From IMG/VR virus record IMGVR_UViG_3300046832_001910, positions 53,612 to 117,611 of that record: 64,000 nt of DNA. One strand, 5' to 3'. The first letter of the stretch is position 1, and each line of letters opens with the position of its first letter. The notes under the pieces are model-generated. The model made no database searches and was not told the origin of the DNA. It saw nothing but the letters and a program-made list of their open reading frames with translations. The stretch is from a virus. Made by a program: the position numbers and the translations under genes. This document shows positions 49,916-59,310 of this stretch, piece by piece.

Positions 49916-50301
49916 TGAAGAGTTATAAAGATTTTATACACGAAGGGTTTGTTCAAAATGTAATTCAGAATCAAAAGGATCCGGCCTTTAATGGTGCGGA
50001 TCCTTCTTCTATTGAAATACATAATCAAGGAGTTGGTGGAGTTCGTTCTCTTCAAGGTCATCGTGACTACATTGTAAAGCTTTTAGAACAAATGCTTGCT
50101 GATGCCAAAATGGCTCAAAAGAATCATAAGCTTGCACACTATAGCATAGGTAAGATTATATCACTAGCTGACCCGGATTCAATGACAGGTGTTTTATTGA
50201 CCTATCTTAAGAATCATCAAAAGGCTGTTGAAGAATTAGAAGATCTACGTAAAAAGGGTGGAAAAGGACCGGGGTTATCTGTTCCTAAAGGTCTCATATA
50301 A
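49915..50301 (+). CDS. putative internal head protein
   Basis: Leader MKSYKDFIHE. Confidence 0.65.
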   Translation: MKSYKDFIHEGFVQNVIQNQKDPAFNGADPSSIEIHNQGVGGVRSLQGHRDYIVKLLEQMLADAKMAQKNHKLAHYSIGKIISLADPDSMTGVLLTYLKNHQKAVEELEDLRKKGGKGPGLSVPKGLI

Positions 50302-50320
50302 ATATAAAAAAAATAAGGAA

Positions 50321-51139
50321 ATGAAACATATACGAACATTTGAAGGTTTTTTATATGAAGCAGAAAAAAATGGGCCATATTACCTCCAGGTCAACTTAAG
50401 ACAGAGCATGATTGGTGGTCATTCAATAGATGCTGAAGTTGCTTCTTCTAGTACTCAGGATTACGCCGATATCCGTGATAAGAGTGAATTCTTAAAAACA
50501 CCTGCCGTGGATCAAGCATTGGCTGAATTAAAGCAATGGAAAACCAAAGATAAAAGCGGAAAGATTGATGCTTCTTTTATTAAAGAGTTTGAAAAAAGTA
50601 TGCAGGGTATTGGGTTTAAACTTGCTAAGTTTAGGTATTCTTCACCTCTTGTGAAACAAGTTGCGGACGAAGCAGAAGCAGTCTCGGCTATCAAAGAAAC
50701 TATTAAAACGCTGGATAGCATTTACAATTCGTACACACCAGAACTAGTTCCAGTACAACCTGGGCCTGCTTCTTCTGTAAGAGCGTCTGTTGATAACTTA
50801 GTAAATAAATATGTAAGCGGAAGAGGAGATGTTGTTAGTGAACTCACAAGTTTCCTTGAATCTGCAGTAGGTTCCAAAGTTACTAGGTATCTTAAACACG
50901 GCCTTGATGACAATACTGCAATTGAAAAGGTTAAAGAACAATACAGCAAAGAGAAGCCTACAAAAGAAGAAACTTGGGGTGTATTAAAAGCATGCATATA
51001 TAAAGATGGAACAGCAATCGTATGGATTGAAGATCCTGCCAAAACCTCCACACCAGAATACACTACAGAGTATTCAGCTAAAAATCTTAGATCTGGTGGC
51101 ATAAACCCCGGAGACGCGGCGCTGGTAGTCAAAAAATAA
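50321..51139 (+). CDS. putative internal head protein
   Basis: ATG 50321, MKHIRTFEGFLYE. Confidence 0.7.
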   Translation: MKHIRTFEGFLYEAEKNGPYYLQVNLRQSMIGGHSIDAEVASSSTQDYADIRDKSEFLKTPAVDQALAELKQWKTKDKSGKIDASFIKEFEKSMQGIGFKLAKFRYSSPLVKQVADEAEAVSAIKETIKTLDSIYNSYTPELVPVQPGPASSVRASVDNLVNKYVSGRGDVVSELTSFLESAVGSKVTRYLKHGLDDNTAIEKVKEQYSKEKPTKEETWGVLKACIYKDGTAIVWIEDPAKTSTPEYTTEYSAKNLRSGGINPGDAALVVKK

Positions 51140-51151
51140 TAAACTATAACT

Positions 51152-51778
51152 ATGAAACATATACAAACATTTGAAAGTTTCTTAAATGAAGGCAATGATC
51201 TTTCATATTGGAAAGATTACGCAGATGGTAGCTCTCAATCTCCAAAGTGGTACAGCAACGATGCAAAAAATCCTTCTGCTGTTAATAAGTTGGTAAATGA
51301 TGTAGTTAATCATGAATTAGATGAATTGAATGATAAAGATGCCGACATAGATCCAAGTGATATGAAGACTCTAACTGATTTGGCAATGAAATACTTTAAA
51401 AAGTTTGGTTCAATTAATGGTCACATTGTAAGTGCAATGTTATTCCAAGAGGCAAAGGAAAGCTTTATGAATGAAGCTAAGAATCTTCAACTTGGTCCTA
51501 AGACAACAAAATTTGAAAAGATAGTTGAAGGAATGATTATTTCATTTCTAGAAGCAGTTAAGAATGAAAATCAAAATGGTGAAGATCTTTCATCTGAGTA
51601 TTATGCAGCGATTAAATCGCTAGGTATTAAAGAAGACTCTGCCATGATTTGCTCTCCTGGAACTGTTGGTAGTTGGAACAAAATACTTGATTCTGCAAAG
51701 AAAGTCGGATTGAAATATGCTGAAGTTAAAGACAGCAAAACCGGAGATAATGCAATTGTTTTTTCTGCTCAACAATAA
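51152..51778 (+). CDS. putative internal head protein, two modules
   Basis: Leader MKHIQTFESFLNE; linker ESFMNE. Confidence 0.7.
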   Translation: MKHIQTFESFLNEGNDLSYWKDYADGSSQSPKWYSNDAKNPSAVNKLVNDVVNHELDELNDKDADIDPSDMKTLTDLAMKYFKKFGSINGHIVSAMLFQEAKESFMNEAKNLQLGPKTTKFEKIVEGMIISFLEAVKNENQNGEDLSSEYYAAIKSLGIKEDSAMICSPGTVGSWNKILDSAKKVGLKYAEVKDSKTGDNAIVFSAQQ

Positions 51779-51786
51779 ATTAAGAT

Positions 51787-52440
51787 ATGAAATACATTAA
51801 ACTTTTTGAAGACTTTATGAATGAAGGTCGTTCAATTGAAAAAATTGAAAAGGATCGTACTCGTGTAATTAATGATATGGCTGAGATTGTTACCAATTGG
51901 AAAGCTGCAAAGGCAAGCGGTGATAAAGAAGCTGAAGCATCATTCTTACAGAAACTTAAAGATCTTACCGATGAAAAGAAAAGATACGAAAAGGAACTTA
52001 ATCAGGCAATTGCTGGTAAAGATCGTTATGTTGAATTGGTAATATCCGAAGGTAATACTATTTTTGAAGGTGTTATGTCAGAAATTGATATTCTTGCAAA
52101 AGAGGCAAAAACCTTTAAAGATTTTGTAAAAGAATTCAAAAAAGAATATTCTGATCTAACCGATGCTGGTGATATTAAAGAATTAGAAGCATGGTTAAAA
52201 ACCGTGTATGATAGTGCAAAGAATGAATCTTTATCAGAAGGTGAAGAGGTTAAGAAAGGTATTCATGATCATTGGAAAGAAATTTACGGAGAGGATTTTA
52301 TCGCATCATATCCTAAAGTTGCAAAGATCCTTAAGAATCGTAAAAATGTAGATCGCCGAGAATTGGCTCGCATCTGGGATGAAACCTACGGAGAAGACTT
52401 TAAAGAAAAGTACTCCAAAATCTGGGATATGTTAGACTAA
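51787..52440 (+). CDS. putative internal head protein, three modules
   Basis: Leader MKYIKLFEDFMNE; linkers ISE..IFE and ESLSE. Confidence 0.7.
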   Translation: MKYIKLFEDFMNEGRSIEKIEKDRTRVINDMAEIVTNWKAAKASGDKEAEASFLQKLKDLTDEKKRYEKELNQAIAGKDRYVELVISEGNTIFEGVMSEIDILAKEAKTFKDFVKEFKKEYSDLTDAGDIKELEAWLKTVYDSAKNESLSEGEEVKKGIHDHWKEIYGEDFIASYPKVAKILKNRKNVDRRELARIWDETYGEDFKEKYSKIWDMLD

Positions 52441-52445
52441 TCATT

Positions 52446-52471
52446 AAACTTTTTAAGATTTTTTCATATAA
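52446..52471 (+). promoter_or_regulatory. class II promoter
   Basis: AAAC-N17-TATAA. Confidence 0.55.
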
Positions 52472-52477
52472 TAATTG

Positions 52478-52515
52478 AGGGACCGTTTCAAAAACCCGGT
52501 CCCTTTGTTATTTTT
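52478..52515 (+). terminator. terminator-like hairpin
   Basis: AGGGACCG..CGGTCCCT then TTGTTATTTTT. Confidence 0.6.
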
Positions 52516-52520
52516 ATAAT

Positions 52521-52928
52521 ATGAAAACCTTATTATGGCTCGATGATATCCGTGATCCAAATGATAACATTTGGTGGAACTGGATTGCTAAAGAAGGAGT
52601 TAACCCAACTCACTTTAACCTTGTGTGGGTGAAGAGCTATGATGAGTTTACTAAGTGGATTAAATTTAATGGTCTTCCTGAGGTAATCTGCTTTGATCAT
52701 GACCTTGGTGAAGATGTTGCACAAGACCGGGTATCTCGCGGTATGAGCAAAAGAGGTGCACGGAAACTAAAAAGAGAAACTTTAAGTGGATTTGATTGTA
52801 CTAAGTGGTTAGTAGAGTACTGCTTAGATAAACAAATGCCATTTCCAGAGTATAGGATACAATCGGCTAATCCGGTTGGTGCAGAGAACATAAGAGGATT
52901 AATTGAAAACTTTAGAAAAAATGTTTAA
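52521..52928 (+). CDS. stand-alone receiver-like domain (cyclic-phosphate-processing type)
   Basis: LWLDDIR, CFDHDLG, SGFDC, QSANPVG. Confidence 0.75.
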   Translation: MKTLLWLDDIRDPNDNIWWNWIAKEGVNPTHFNLVWVKSYDEFTKWIKFNGLPEVICFDHDLGEDVAQDRVSRGMSKRGARKLKRETLSGFDCTKWLVEYCLDKQMPFPEYRIQSANPVGAENIRGLIENFRKNV

Positions 52929-53559
52929 AAGAAAAGAAAAGAGTAAATTTGCAATTAAGGATAACCGCACTTTTAGAGAAAAGGCGAAATCCTTTGCACA
53001 GAGTATGTTATTTTGGAGAGGTCGTTCAAAGGGTATAATACACACTCGTAATCTCAAGTGGGATGACCTAAGATATATCTTCTTTCCTAAAGACTTTGCT
53101 GAAAAGTATGGTTATCTAGGCACTTCTGTTTGGAATGAAGAAGGTGATTATTTCAAAGCACTTTACCCTCTGGTACTTGCTTTAGATTATGAAGCTAAAC
53201 CTAAATGGTGTCCAAGATGGTTCTTACGTTTCTTACATGTATTTGGATCTGATAAATCTATCGTTAGAGTTCGTAACTGGGCTTTACATAACCTATTCAG
53301 AAAATTGACCAAAGGTATTTCTTTTGTTGATTGGAAAACCAAATGGACTGCTTATGATTTACGAATTAGTATTTATGGTCCTGAACATCTGCAAAATCTG
53401 GCTTATGACATTGAACATGGATTTTATAGCAGAGGTAAACAAGAAGAATTGGTAGAACAGATAAAAGCTATTGATCCTGATGCCAGAGTCATTTGGGGAA
53501 GTATTGATAGATTGGCAGAACAATTAGAAGAATTACAAAATAAGCAAAATGACAAGTAA
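52921..53559 (+). CDS. hypothetical protein
   Basis: ATG 52921. Confidence 0.65.
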   Translation: MFKRKEKSKFAIKDNRTFREKAKSFAQSMLFWRGRSKGIIHTRNLKWDDLRYIFFPKDFAEKYGYLGTSVWNEEGDYFKALYPLVLALDYEAKPKWCPRWFLRFLHVFGSDKSIVRVRNWALHNLFRKLTKGISFVDWKTKWTAYDLRISIYGPEHLQNLAYDIEHGFYSRGKQEELVEQIKAIDPDARVIWGSIDRLAEQLEELQNKQNDK

Positions 53560-53788
53560 CGAATTTAATATTAAGTGGAAAGACTATCTAGAAGAAGGAC
53601 ACTATGGTTTAGCCATTAATGATCCTTCATTTACTGAATGGTTAGATGGTAAGTTTCAGGAATTTACTAAAAGACCAGGATTTTCTTATAGCCAAATTAA
53701 ATCAAAATTTGGTATGGGAAGATTTTATTGTGAAGGTCTTAGCACAGAAGAACAATTAGAAGTTGAAGACAAAATATCAAAAATATGA
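53549..53788 (+). CDS. hypothetical protein
   Basis: QIKSKFG..RFY. Confidence 0.65.
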   Translation: MTSNEFNIKWKDYLEEGHYGLAINDPSFTEWLDGKFQEFTKRPGFSYSQIKSKFGMGRFYCEGLSTEEQLEVEDKISKI

Positions 53789-54480
53789 AAAGAGTAACCT
53801 TTATTAGTGATACACATACCAAACATCGAATGTTAAATCTACCCGGTGGAGACATTCTTATTCATAGTGGAGATCTTATGAATAGTGGTTGGAACATAAA
53901 TGATGTATATGATTTTCTAACATGGTTTGAAAAACAACCATACGAAGAACTAATCTTTATTGCAGGAAATCATGATCGCTTATTTGAAAACCAGCCAATA
54001 AAGATGGATGAAATCTTAGAAGGATTTCCAACCATCACTTATCTTGAAGATGACTGGGTTGATGTAGATGGTATTAAGATTTATGGTAGTCCTTGGCAAC
54101 CTGAATTTTATAACTGGGCATTTAATCTTCCAAGAGGTGGAGAAGACCTTGAAGAAAAATGGTCAATGATACCACCTGATACTGATATCTTAATTACACA
54201 CGGTCCGCCACAAGGACATCTTGACGCAAGTGGTGAACCTTATAATGAGCCTGACTTAGGGTGTGAGTTATTACGTATCTATGTAGATAATGTTAAACCT
54301 AAGATCCATGTATTTGGACATATTCATGGTGGTGCCGGGTATAAGAAAGATAATGGAATACATTTTGTTAATGCTGCAATTCTTAATGAAAGATATGAAC
54401 AGGTTTCAAATGGTATTACTGTTGACTGGGATCCTGAAACAAATTCATTTGATATAATTAAACAAATTCATTTGATATAA
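53785..54480 (+). CDS. metallophosphoesterase
   Basis: Intact SDTH, GD, GNHD, THGPP, GHIH. Confidence 0.9.
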   Translation: MKRVTFISDTHTKHRMLNLPGGDILIHSGDLMNSGWNINDVYDFLTWFEKQPYEELIFIAGNHDRLFENQPIKMDEILEGFPTITYLEDDWVDVDGIKIYGSPWQPEFYNWAFNLPRGGEDLEEKWSMIPPDTDILITHGPPQGHLDASGEPYNEPDLGCELLRIYVDNVKPKIHVFGHIHGGAGYKKDNGIHFVNAAILNERYEQVSNGITVDWDPETNSFDIIKQIHLI

Positions 54481-54482
54481 TT
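54437..54482 (+). repeat. exact 23-bp tandem duplication
   Basis: AAACAAATTCATTTGATATAATT x2. Confidence 0.85.
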
Positions 54483-54489
54483 TAAAGAT

Positions 54490-54639
54490 ATGAAAATAGA
54501 ATATGTAGGTCATTGGGATAAGTTCTATATCACGCCTTCAATTTCAATCGTGGTTGATCCAATGTTTGTTGGATATAAGTACTTAAGCATTTCATGGTTT
54601 AAGGGATCAATTGAGATAAGTTGGGGGAGAGTAGATTAA
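54490..54639 (+). CDS. 49-aa hypothetical protein (not in ORF track)
   Basis: MKIEYVGHWDKFYITP..; fills the gap. Confidence 0.5.
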   Translation: MKIEYVGHWDKFYITPSISIVVDPMFVGYKYLSISWFKGSIEISWGRVD

Positions 54640-54701
54640 ATTTAGATTAAATATTACAAAAAAGAGAAATGGTGCAAATAAATAAAACAAAAAACCGTAT
54701 C

Positions 54702-54935
54702 ATGAGATTTTTGAGATCGCTTTTTGTTAAGAAACCAAAAGCACCATTTCCTTATTCTGTGAAAGGCTTTAGAGACGCGCGTAAATGGGCAATGACTCAA
54801 CCTCACCCATATGCGCCTGAGTTATGCTTATGGGATTATGCCCGTAGCCAAGCCGGAACAGAATCAGAGATTAAGTTACATATCGTCAACAAATTCGTTA
54901 AAGGAATTTTAGATGATGAAACAATGTTTTTATGA
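54702..54935 (+). CDS. hypothetical protein
   Basis: ATG 54702 after an A-rich leader. Confidence 0.55.
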   Translation: MRFLRSLFVKKPKAPFPYSVKGFRDARKWAMTQPHPYAPELCLWDYARSQAGTESEIKLHIVNKFVKGILDDETMFL

Positions 54936-55354
54936 AATTAAAAAAGATAGGAATTACTTGTTCTTCGTTTGATCTATTTCATGCTGGGCATGTTAAAATG
55001 TTAGAAGAAGCAAGACAACATTGCGATTATCTTATTGTGGCTCTTCAAACAGATCCTACGATTGATCGCCCAGAAAAGAATAAGCCTATTCAATCTGTCG
55101 TTGAACGATACATTCAACTCGCTGCTTGTAAGTGGGTTGATCAAATAGTGCCATACCAAACCGAAAAAGATCTTGAAGATATCTTCCTAGCATTTGATAT
55201 TCATGTTAGGATTATAGGATCTGAATATCAAAGTAAACAATTTACCGCAAAAGAAATATGTGAATCTCGTAACATAGAGATCGTGTACAACAAACGAGAT
55301 CATAGTTTCTCTAGCACTGAACTCAGAAATCGTATTAAAAATGAAAAACGCTAA
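54932..55354 (+). CDS. tagD: glycerol-3-phosphate cytidylyltransferase-like
   Basis: FDLFHAGH, R..SST. Confidence 0.85.
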   Translation: MKLKKIGITCSSFDLFHAGHVKMLEEARQHCDYLIVALQTDPTIDRPEKNKPIQSVVERYIQLAACKWVDQIVPYQTEKDLEDIFLAFDIHVRIIGSEYQSKQFTAKEICESRNIEIVYNKRDHSFSSTELRNRIKNEKR

Positions 55355-55446
55355 AGAAAAAGCAAAATACCTTCTTAATGTTGAAGGTAAAAAGATTAGA
55401 GCAAATAATCTTATTGAACTAATTTGGAAAGTATTGACCAAAAACC

Positions 55447-56181
55447 ATGACTAAACTCAAACTGGATTTTCTTGAGATTGGTAGTAGTGATTTTAACACT
55501 ATCATGGAATCATGTAAAGAGTCTGAGGTAGGTATGGTTATAGAACCAATTAAAGCCTACCTAGACAATTTACCTGATAAGAAGAATGTTATAAAGGTTA
55601 ATGCAGCCCTCTTATTTGGAGATAATGAACCGGTTCCGGTGTATTACATAAAACCTGAGGTAATAAAGGAACATGGTTTATTTGAATGGATGAGAGGGTG
55701 CAACACTGTAGGTGCTCCTCATGACTTTCATTTAAACTACTTTGAAACTATCCAAGAATTTGATAAATGGCACGCAGCTTGGAAAGGCGAAAATGCTCCA
55801 AAAGGTAGGAATCTTTTAGAAGAAGGCCTAGTAACAATTGAAGATGTGACAAGCATATCATTCCATAAACTCGTAACTGATTTTAACATTGGTTATGTTA
55901 AGTACATTAAGCTTGATACAGAAGGATTAGATGCTGACTTATTAGAATCAATACTAGATGATCTTTGGATACTAAACTCTGTTAGGTTACCTGAAAAAAT
56001 TCAATTTGAAACTAACTGTCATAATAACACAGCCAAGTCATTCGGTATAATTGAAAGACTTAGAAGAATAGGATATGAAATAATGGTTGGCGAAGCAAAT
56101 TCAAATCATTGGGTTCCCTTTGAAGGAACAATATATAGAGACTGTGTAGCAACCATAACACCTAAATGGAATGAGCATTAA
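55447..56181 (+). CDS. FkbM-like methyltransferase
   Basis: LEIGS, VIEP, KLDTEGLD, IQFE. Confidence 0.7.
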   Translation: MTKLKLDFLEIGSSDFNTIMESCKESEVGMVIEPIKAYLDNLPDKKNVIKVNAALLFGDNEPVPVYYIKPEVIKEHGLFEWMRGCNTVGAPHDFHLNYFETIQEFDKWHAAWKGENAPKGRNLLEEGLVTIEDVTSISFHKLVTDFNIGYVKYIKLDTEGLDADLLESILDDLWILNSVRLPEKIQFETNCHNNTAKSFGIIERLRRIGYEIMVGEANSNHWVPFEGTIYRDCVATITPKWNEH

Positions 56182-56470
56182 AAAGATACAAAAAGAGTAT
56201 AGAGAAACACCTAAAGAAGAGATCAGGCAAGCGATTATAGAAAACTTTACATATGGGTTCATAGGATCTGTGATTGTGGTTTTCATAGCCAATAGAGTTG
56301 ACATTGCCGTTCTAATTAGTTACCTAATCTATTACTTCTTCGTTGGCCGGGTTGTTAACAGGCCAAAGTACATAACATCATTAGGTAAGTTTATTGTATT
56401 TCCTGTATCAGCCGCATTAGGAGCATTCACAGGATATAAGCTTGCCCAATTAGTATCACCTTATTTATAG
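56171..56470 (+). CDS. small membrane protein
   Basis: Three hydrophobic segments. Confidence 0.65.
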   Translation: MSIKKIQKEYRETPKEEIRQAIIENFTYGFIGSVIVVFIANRVDIAVLISYLIYYFFVGRVVNRPKYITSLGKFIVFPVSAALGAFTGYKLAQLVSPYL

Positions 56471-56472
56471 AA

Positions 56473-57132
56473 ATGAACATGAAAATACCACAAATAGTAC
56501 ATATGATATGGATAGGTCCTAAACCGCCTGCCCAATACTTTTGGAATAACTTGGAAAAGTGGAAAGTCTTAATGCCTCATTGGACATTTATGGTATGGAC
56601 AAATGAAATGTTAACCACCGAGTATATAAGTAAGTCTTACCTAGAACTTTTAGATAAATGTAGAAACGGTGCACAAGCTGCTGATTTACTAAGTTACTAT
56701 GTAGTTGAAAAGTGGGGAGGTTATCTGTTGGATGCAGATATTACACCGTTCAGATCGCTTGATGAATTAGATACCGAAAATAGTGATGTGGTGCTATGCC
56801 ACGATCTACCTAATACTTGGGAATACATTGCAACAGGTTTCTTTGGTGCTGTACCCCATCACCAGCTGTTTAAGAACCTTGTAGATAGAGCATATTATAC
56901 CAATTTCCAAAATCCTGATCAACATCTAACGACAGGACCTGGTATTATGGGAAGAGAGGTTTATAAGCTAAACTGGGAAGATCATGGAAAATATCTAATG
57001 TTACCTTACTGGGCATTTTATCGTAATCGTATAGGTGATCCTGGACCACATATGCCTGATCGTGTAATGCAAGATAATTATGAAGCATTTGGCAATCATT
57101 TCTATGCGGCTGAATGGACTAAGAATATATAA
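56473..57132 (+). CDS. GT32 DxD glycosyltransferase
   Basis: IPQIVHMIW, GGYLLDAD, TTGPG. Confidence 0.85.
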   Translation: MNMKIPQIVHMIWIGPKPPAQYFWNNLEKWKVLMPHWTFMVWTNEMLTTEYISKSYLELLDKCRNGAQAADLLSYYVVEKWGGYLLDADITPFRSLDELDTENSDVVLCHDLPNTWEYIATGFFGAVPHHQLFKNLVDRAYYTNFQNPDQHLTTGPGIMGREVYKLNWEDHGKYLMLPYWAFYRNRIGDPGPHMPDRVMQDNYEAFGNHFYAAEWTKNI

Positions 57133-57236
57133 AAAAAGAATTATGATAGGCACTATTGCAGCTTTACTTTTTACTATTCAAGGAATGATAATGATATCAC
57201 CTTTAATGGCAATAGGATATATCGTCAGAAAGATAA

Positions 57237-57800
57237 ATGAAACACGTAAAGTCTTACGATAAGCATCAGTTGATTGAAGAAACCTACCAGATATTGGAAG
57301 GTCAGGTCTCTCGTGATGATTTAGATGGAATCATTAGTGAAGGCTTCTTTAGCTTTATTCGTAATCTCTTTATAGACGGAAAGACTAAACGATCTCTTGA
57401 TAAACTTGCTGATGAACTATTTAAGACAAAGGTTGAGTTAATGAAACTTGAAATCCAAGAAGACCAGGTAGATGCATTTAAAGATGAACTTAAGGCAGCT
57501 GAGACTGGAGATGGATATTCAACCGATCATGAACTTGATACAACTAACCTAGATAAAATCAAGCAGTCTAAGATCACTGCCTTGCAAAATCGTGAAACTG
57601 CCATATCTGATGAAATGGATAATCTTGGACAGATATCCGATAAACTACAAAGGTATGTAGATAAGGTTAAACTGGAGGTTAGAATGAAGGCAACCGATGC
57701 TACAATCAGGATTGCCGATGATGAAATTGCCCGTATTCTACAGAAACTTAAGCGCGAGGACCAGAAACAGTCCCAGCAAATTGACCGCGAATTGAAGTAA
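57237..57800 (+). CDS. putative internal head coiled-coil protein
   Basis: Leader MKHVKSY..LIEE; ILE and ISE sites. Confidence 0.6.
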   Translation: MKHVKSYDKHQLIEETYQILEGQVSRDDLDGIISEGFFSFIRNLFIDGKTKRSLDKLADELFKTKVELMKLEIQEDQVDAFKDELKAAETGDGYSTDHELDTTNLDKIKQSKITALQNRETAISDEMDNLGQISDKLQRYVDKVKLEVRMKATDATIRIADDEIARILQKLKREDQKQSQQIDRELK

Positions 57801-57824
57801 ACCTTTTCAGGTTTCTTCATATAA
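57799..57824 (+). promoter_or_regulatory. class II promoter
   Basis: AAAC-N17-TATAA. Confidence 0.6.
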
Positions 57825-57846
57825 TACTTAATAGAACAGAATAGTT

Positions 57847-57960
57847 ATGAAAGCAAAGATAATCCTATTAATCGTGTTTATGTTAGTAGTAGGTTGCAAG
57901 TCGCAGAAGAACTGCGATGCATATAGTTCAACAAATACCGTAGTTACCAAGTCTAAATAA
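57847..57960 (+). CDS. 37-aa lipoprotein (not in ORF track)
   Basis: MKAKIILLIVFMLVVG-CKSQKNCDAY.. Confidence 0.6.
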   Translation: MKAKIILLIVFMLVVGCKSQKNCDAYSSTNTVVTKSK

Positions 57961-57966
57961 GCTGGT

Positions 57967-58368
57967 ATGTATGCATCAACTAGAATTGATGAATTAGAAC
58001 GTAAACAGATTAGGTCTCTGGCCAAGAAAGCTCTACAATACTGCGAATGCCAACTAGGCAAAAGATCTCGTCGCCCTATCCCTAAACTGGTACTAAATTG
58101 GAAGAATCCTGAAAAGGATTGGGGGGAGTACTATGATCATTCAAACGAGATACACATATATCCACATCGCATGAAGAAGCTAGGACATGTGGCTTCAACA
58201 GTGATACATGAGTATACCCATTACCTACAACCACGCGGTAATGTTTATGAAAACCTGTTAAGGCGTTGGGGATATGCTGACCATCCACATGAAATTGAGG
58301 CAAGTCTAAACGAAATCTATTGGACTCGTAAATTCTTCCATTGGCTCCGCTCTGGCGCCAAGCGATAA
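57967..58368 (+). CDS. zinc metallopeptidase-like protein
   Basis: HEYTH..HPHEIEA. Confidence 0.75.
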   Translation: MYASTRIDELERKQIRSLAKKALQYCECQLGKRSRRPIPKLVLNWKNPEKDWGEYYDHSNEIHIYPHRMKKLGHVASTVIHEYTHYLQPRGNVYENLLRRWGYADHPHEIEASLNEIYWTRKFFHWLRSGAKR

Positions 58369-58382
58369 ATAAAAACAAAACT

Positions 58383-59153
58383 ATGGCAGTAAGATTCAAC
58401 AGCATTGAAGAATATGGACAGTATGTCTATAACGAATGCATTAAACAAAACAAACAAAGAGATGTCTGTAACAGCGGTAAAGGTGGAACTAAGACAAAGG
58501 TAACTGACTCTGATCCTGATGGATTTAGTCTTAATTTTTCTTCAAGTAACCTAAGCGCTAAATCTCAAGAGTACCTTAATACTCATACCACAATCAGTAA
58601 GGCACCACCGCAAAACGCGCCTGCTCATATTGAAATAGTGGAAGGCGAAACATGGAAAGAGCTAATCCACAAATACGAAAAGAACGTCTATGCAAACAAA
58701 ACGGTTGTAGACAATTCTACATCATTCTCGGTTTCAGGCGATGCTTCCTATAAGGAGGCTAATGTTAGTGCAAGCTACGAACAGGTGTATTCCGAAGAAG
58801 ATACTAATGTTAGCGAAGAGGTTTCAAAAGAGGCTTCCGAATATGAACTAACATTCCAAGGTATCCCAGGTAAACACTACGCAGTAGACTTCTATACAAA
58901 TAAGTACACTTGCGCAGATCGCCCAACCCTCGAGATCACGTATACATTCTCATCAATTGTATTCCATGCTGTTTGTGACTTCTCAGATGGAGCCGCTCTA
59001 CACTGGAACAATGAACACTACCATAAGACCTATGATATTGCGTCATTAGGACTCGACCCTGTAGTAACAGTACCACAGACGGTAGTATTTGATGTAAACT
59101 ACGATAACCCGTGGCCAAGTTACACAATCACAAATATTCCTGATAATATCTAA
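58383..59153 (+). CDS. aerolysin/ETX-MTX2-like beta-rich protein
   Basis: Alternating polar/apolar hairpin flanked by Ser/Thr-rich strands, then IPGK; ATG 58383. Confidence 0.5.
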   Translation: MAVRFNSIEEYGQYVYNECIKQNKQRDVCNSGKGGTKTKVTDSDPDGFSLNFSSSNLSAKSQEYLNTHTTISKAPPQNAPAHIEIVEGETWKELIHKYEKNVYANKTVVDNSTSFSVSGDASYKEANVSASYEQVYSEEDTNVSEEVSKEASEYELTFQGIPGKHYAVDFYTNKYTCADRPTLEITYTFSSIVFHAVCDFSDGAALHWNNEHYHKTYDIASLGLDPVVTVPQTVVFDVNYDNPWPSYTITNIPDNI

Positions 59154-59172
59154 GTAACCTCTTAGACTAAGT

Positions 59173-59205
59173 AAAGGTAGGGTCAGTGGCTCTACCTTTC
59201 TTTTT
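59173..59205 (+). terminator. intrinsic terminator
   Basis: AAAGGTAGGGTC..GGCTCTACCTTT then CTTTTT. Confidence 0.75.
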
Positions 59206-59310
59206 GCACTCTGGCCGGACAATAGGAATATCGCAATTATCGCTAGCTAATCAAAACTTCAAAGGTCAGCACATAGGAGCACTATTTCCGGACAAGCAAG
59301 CACATCTTCC

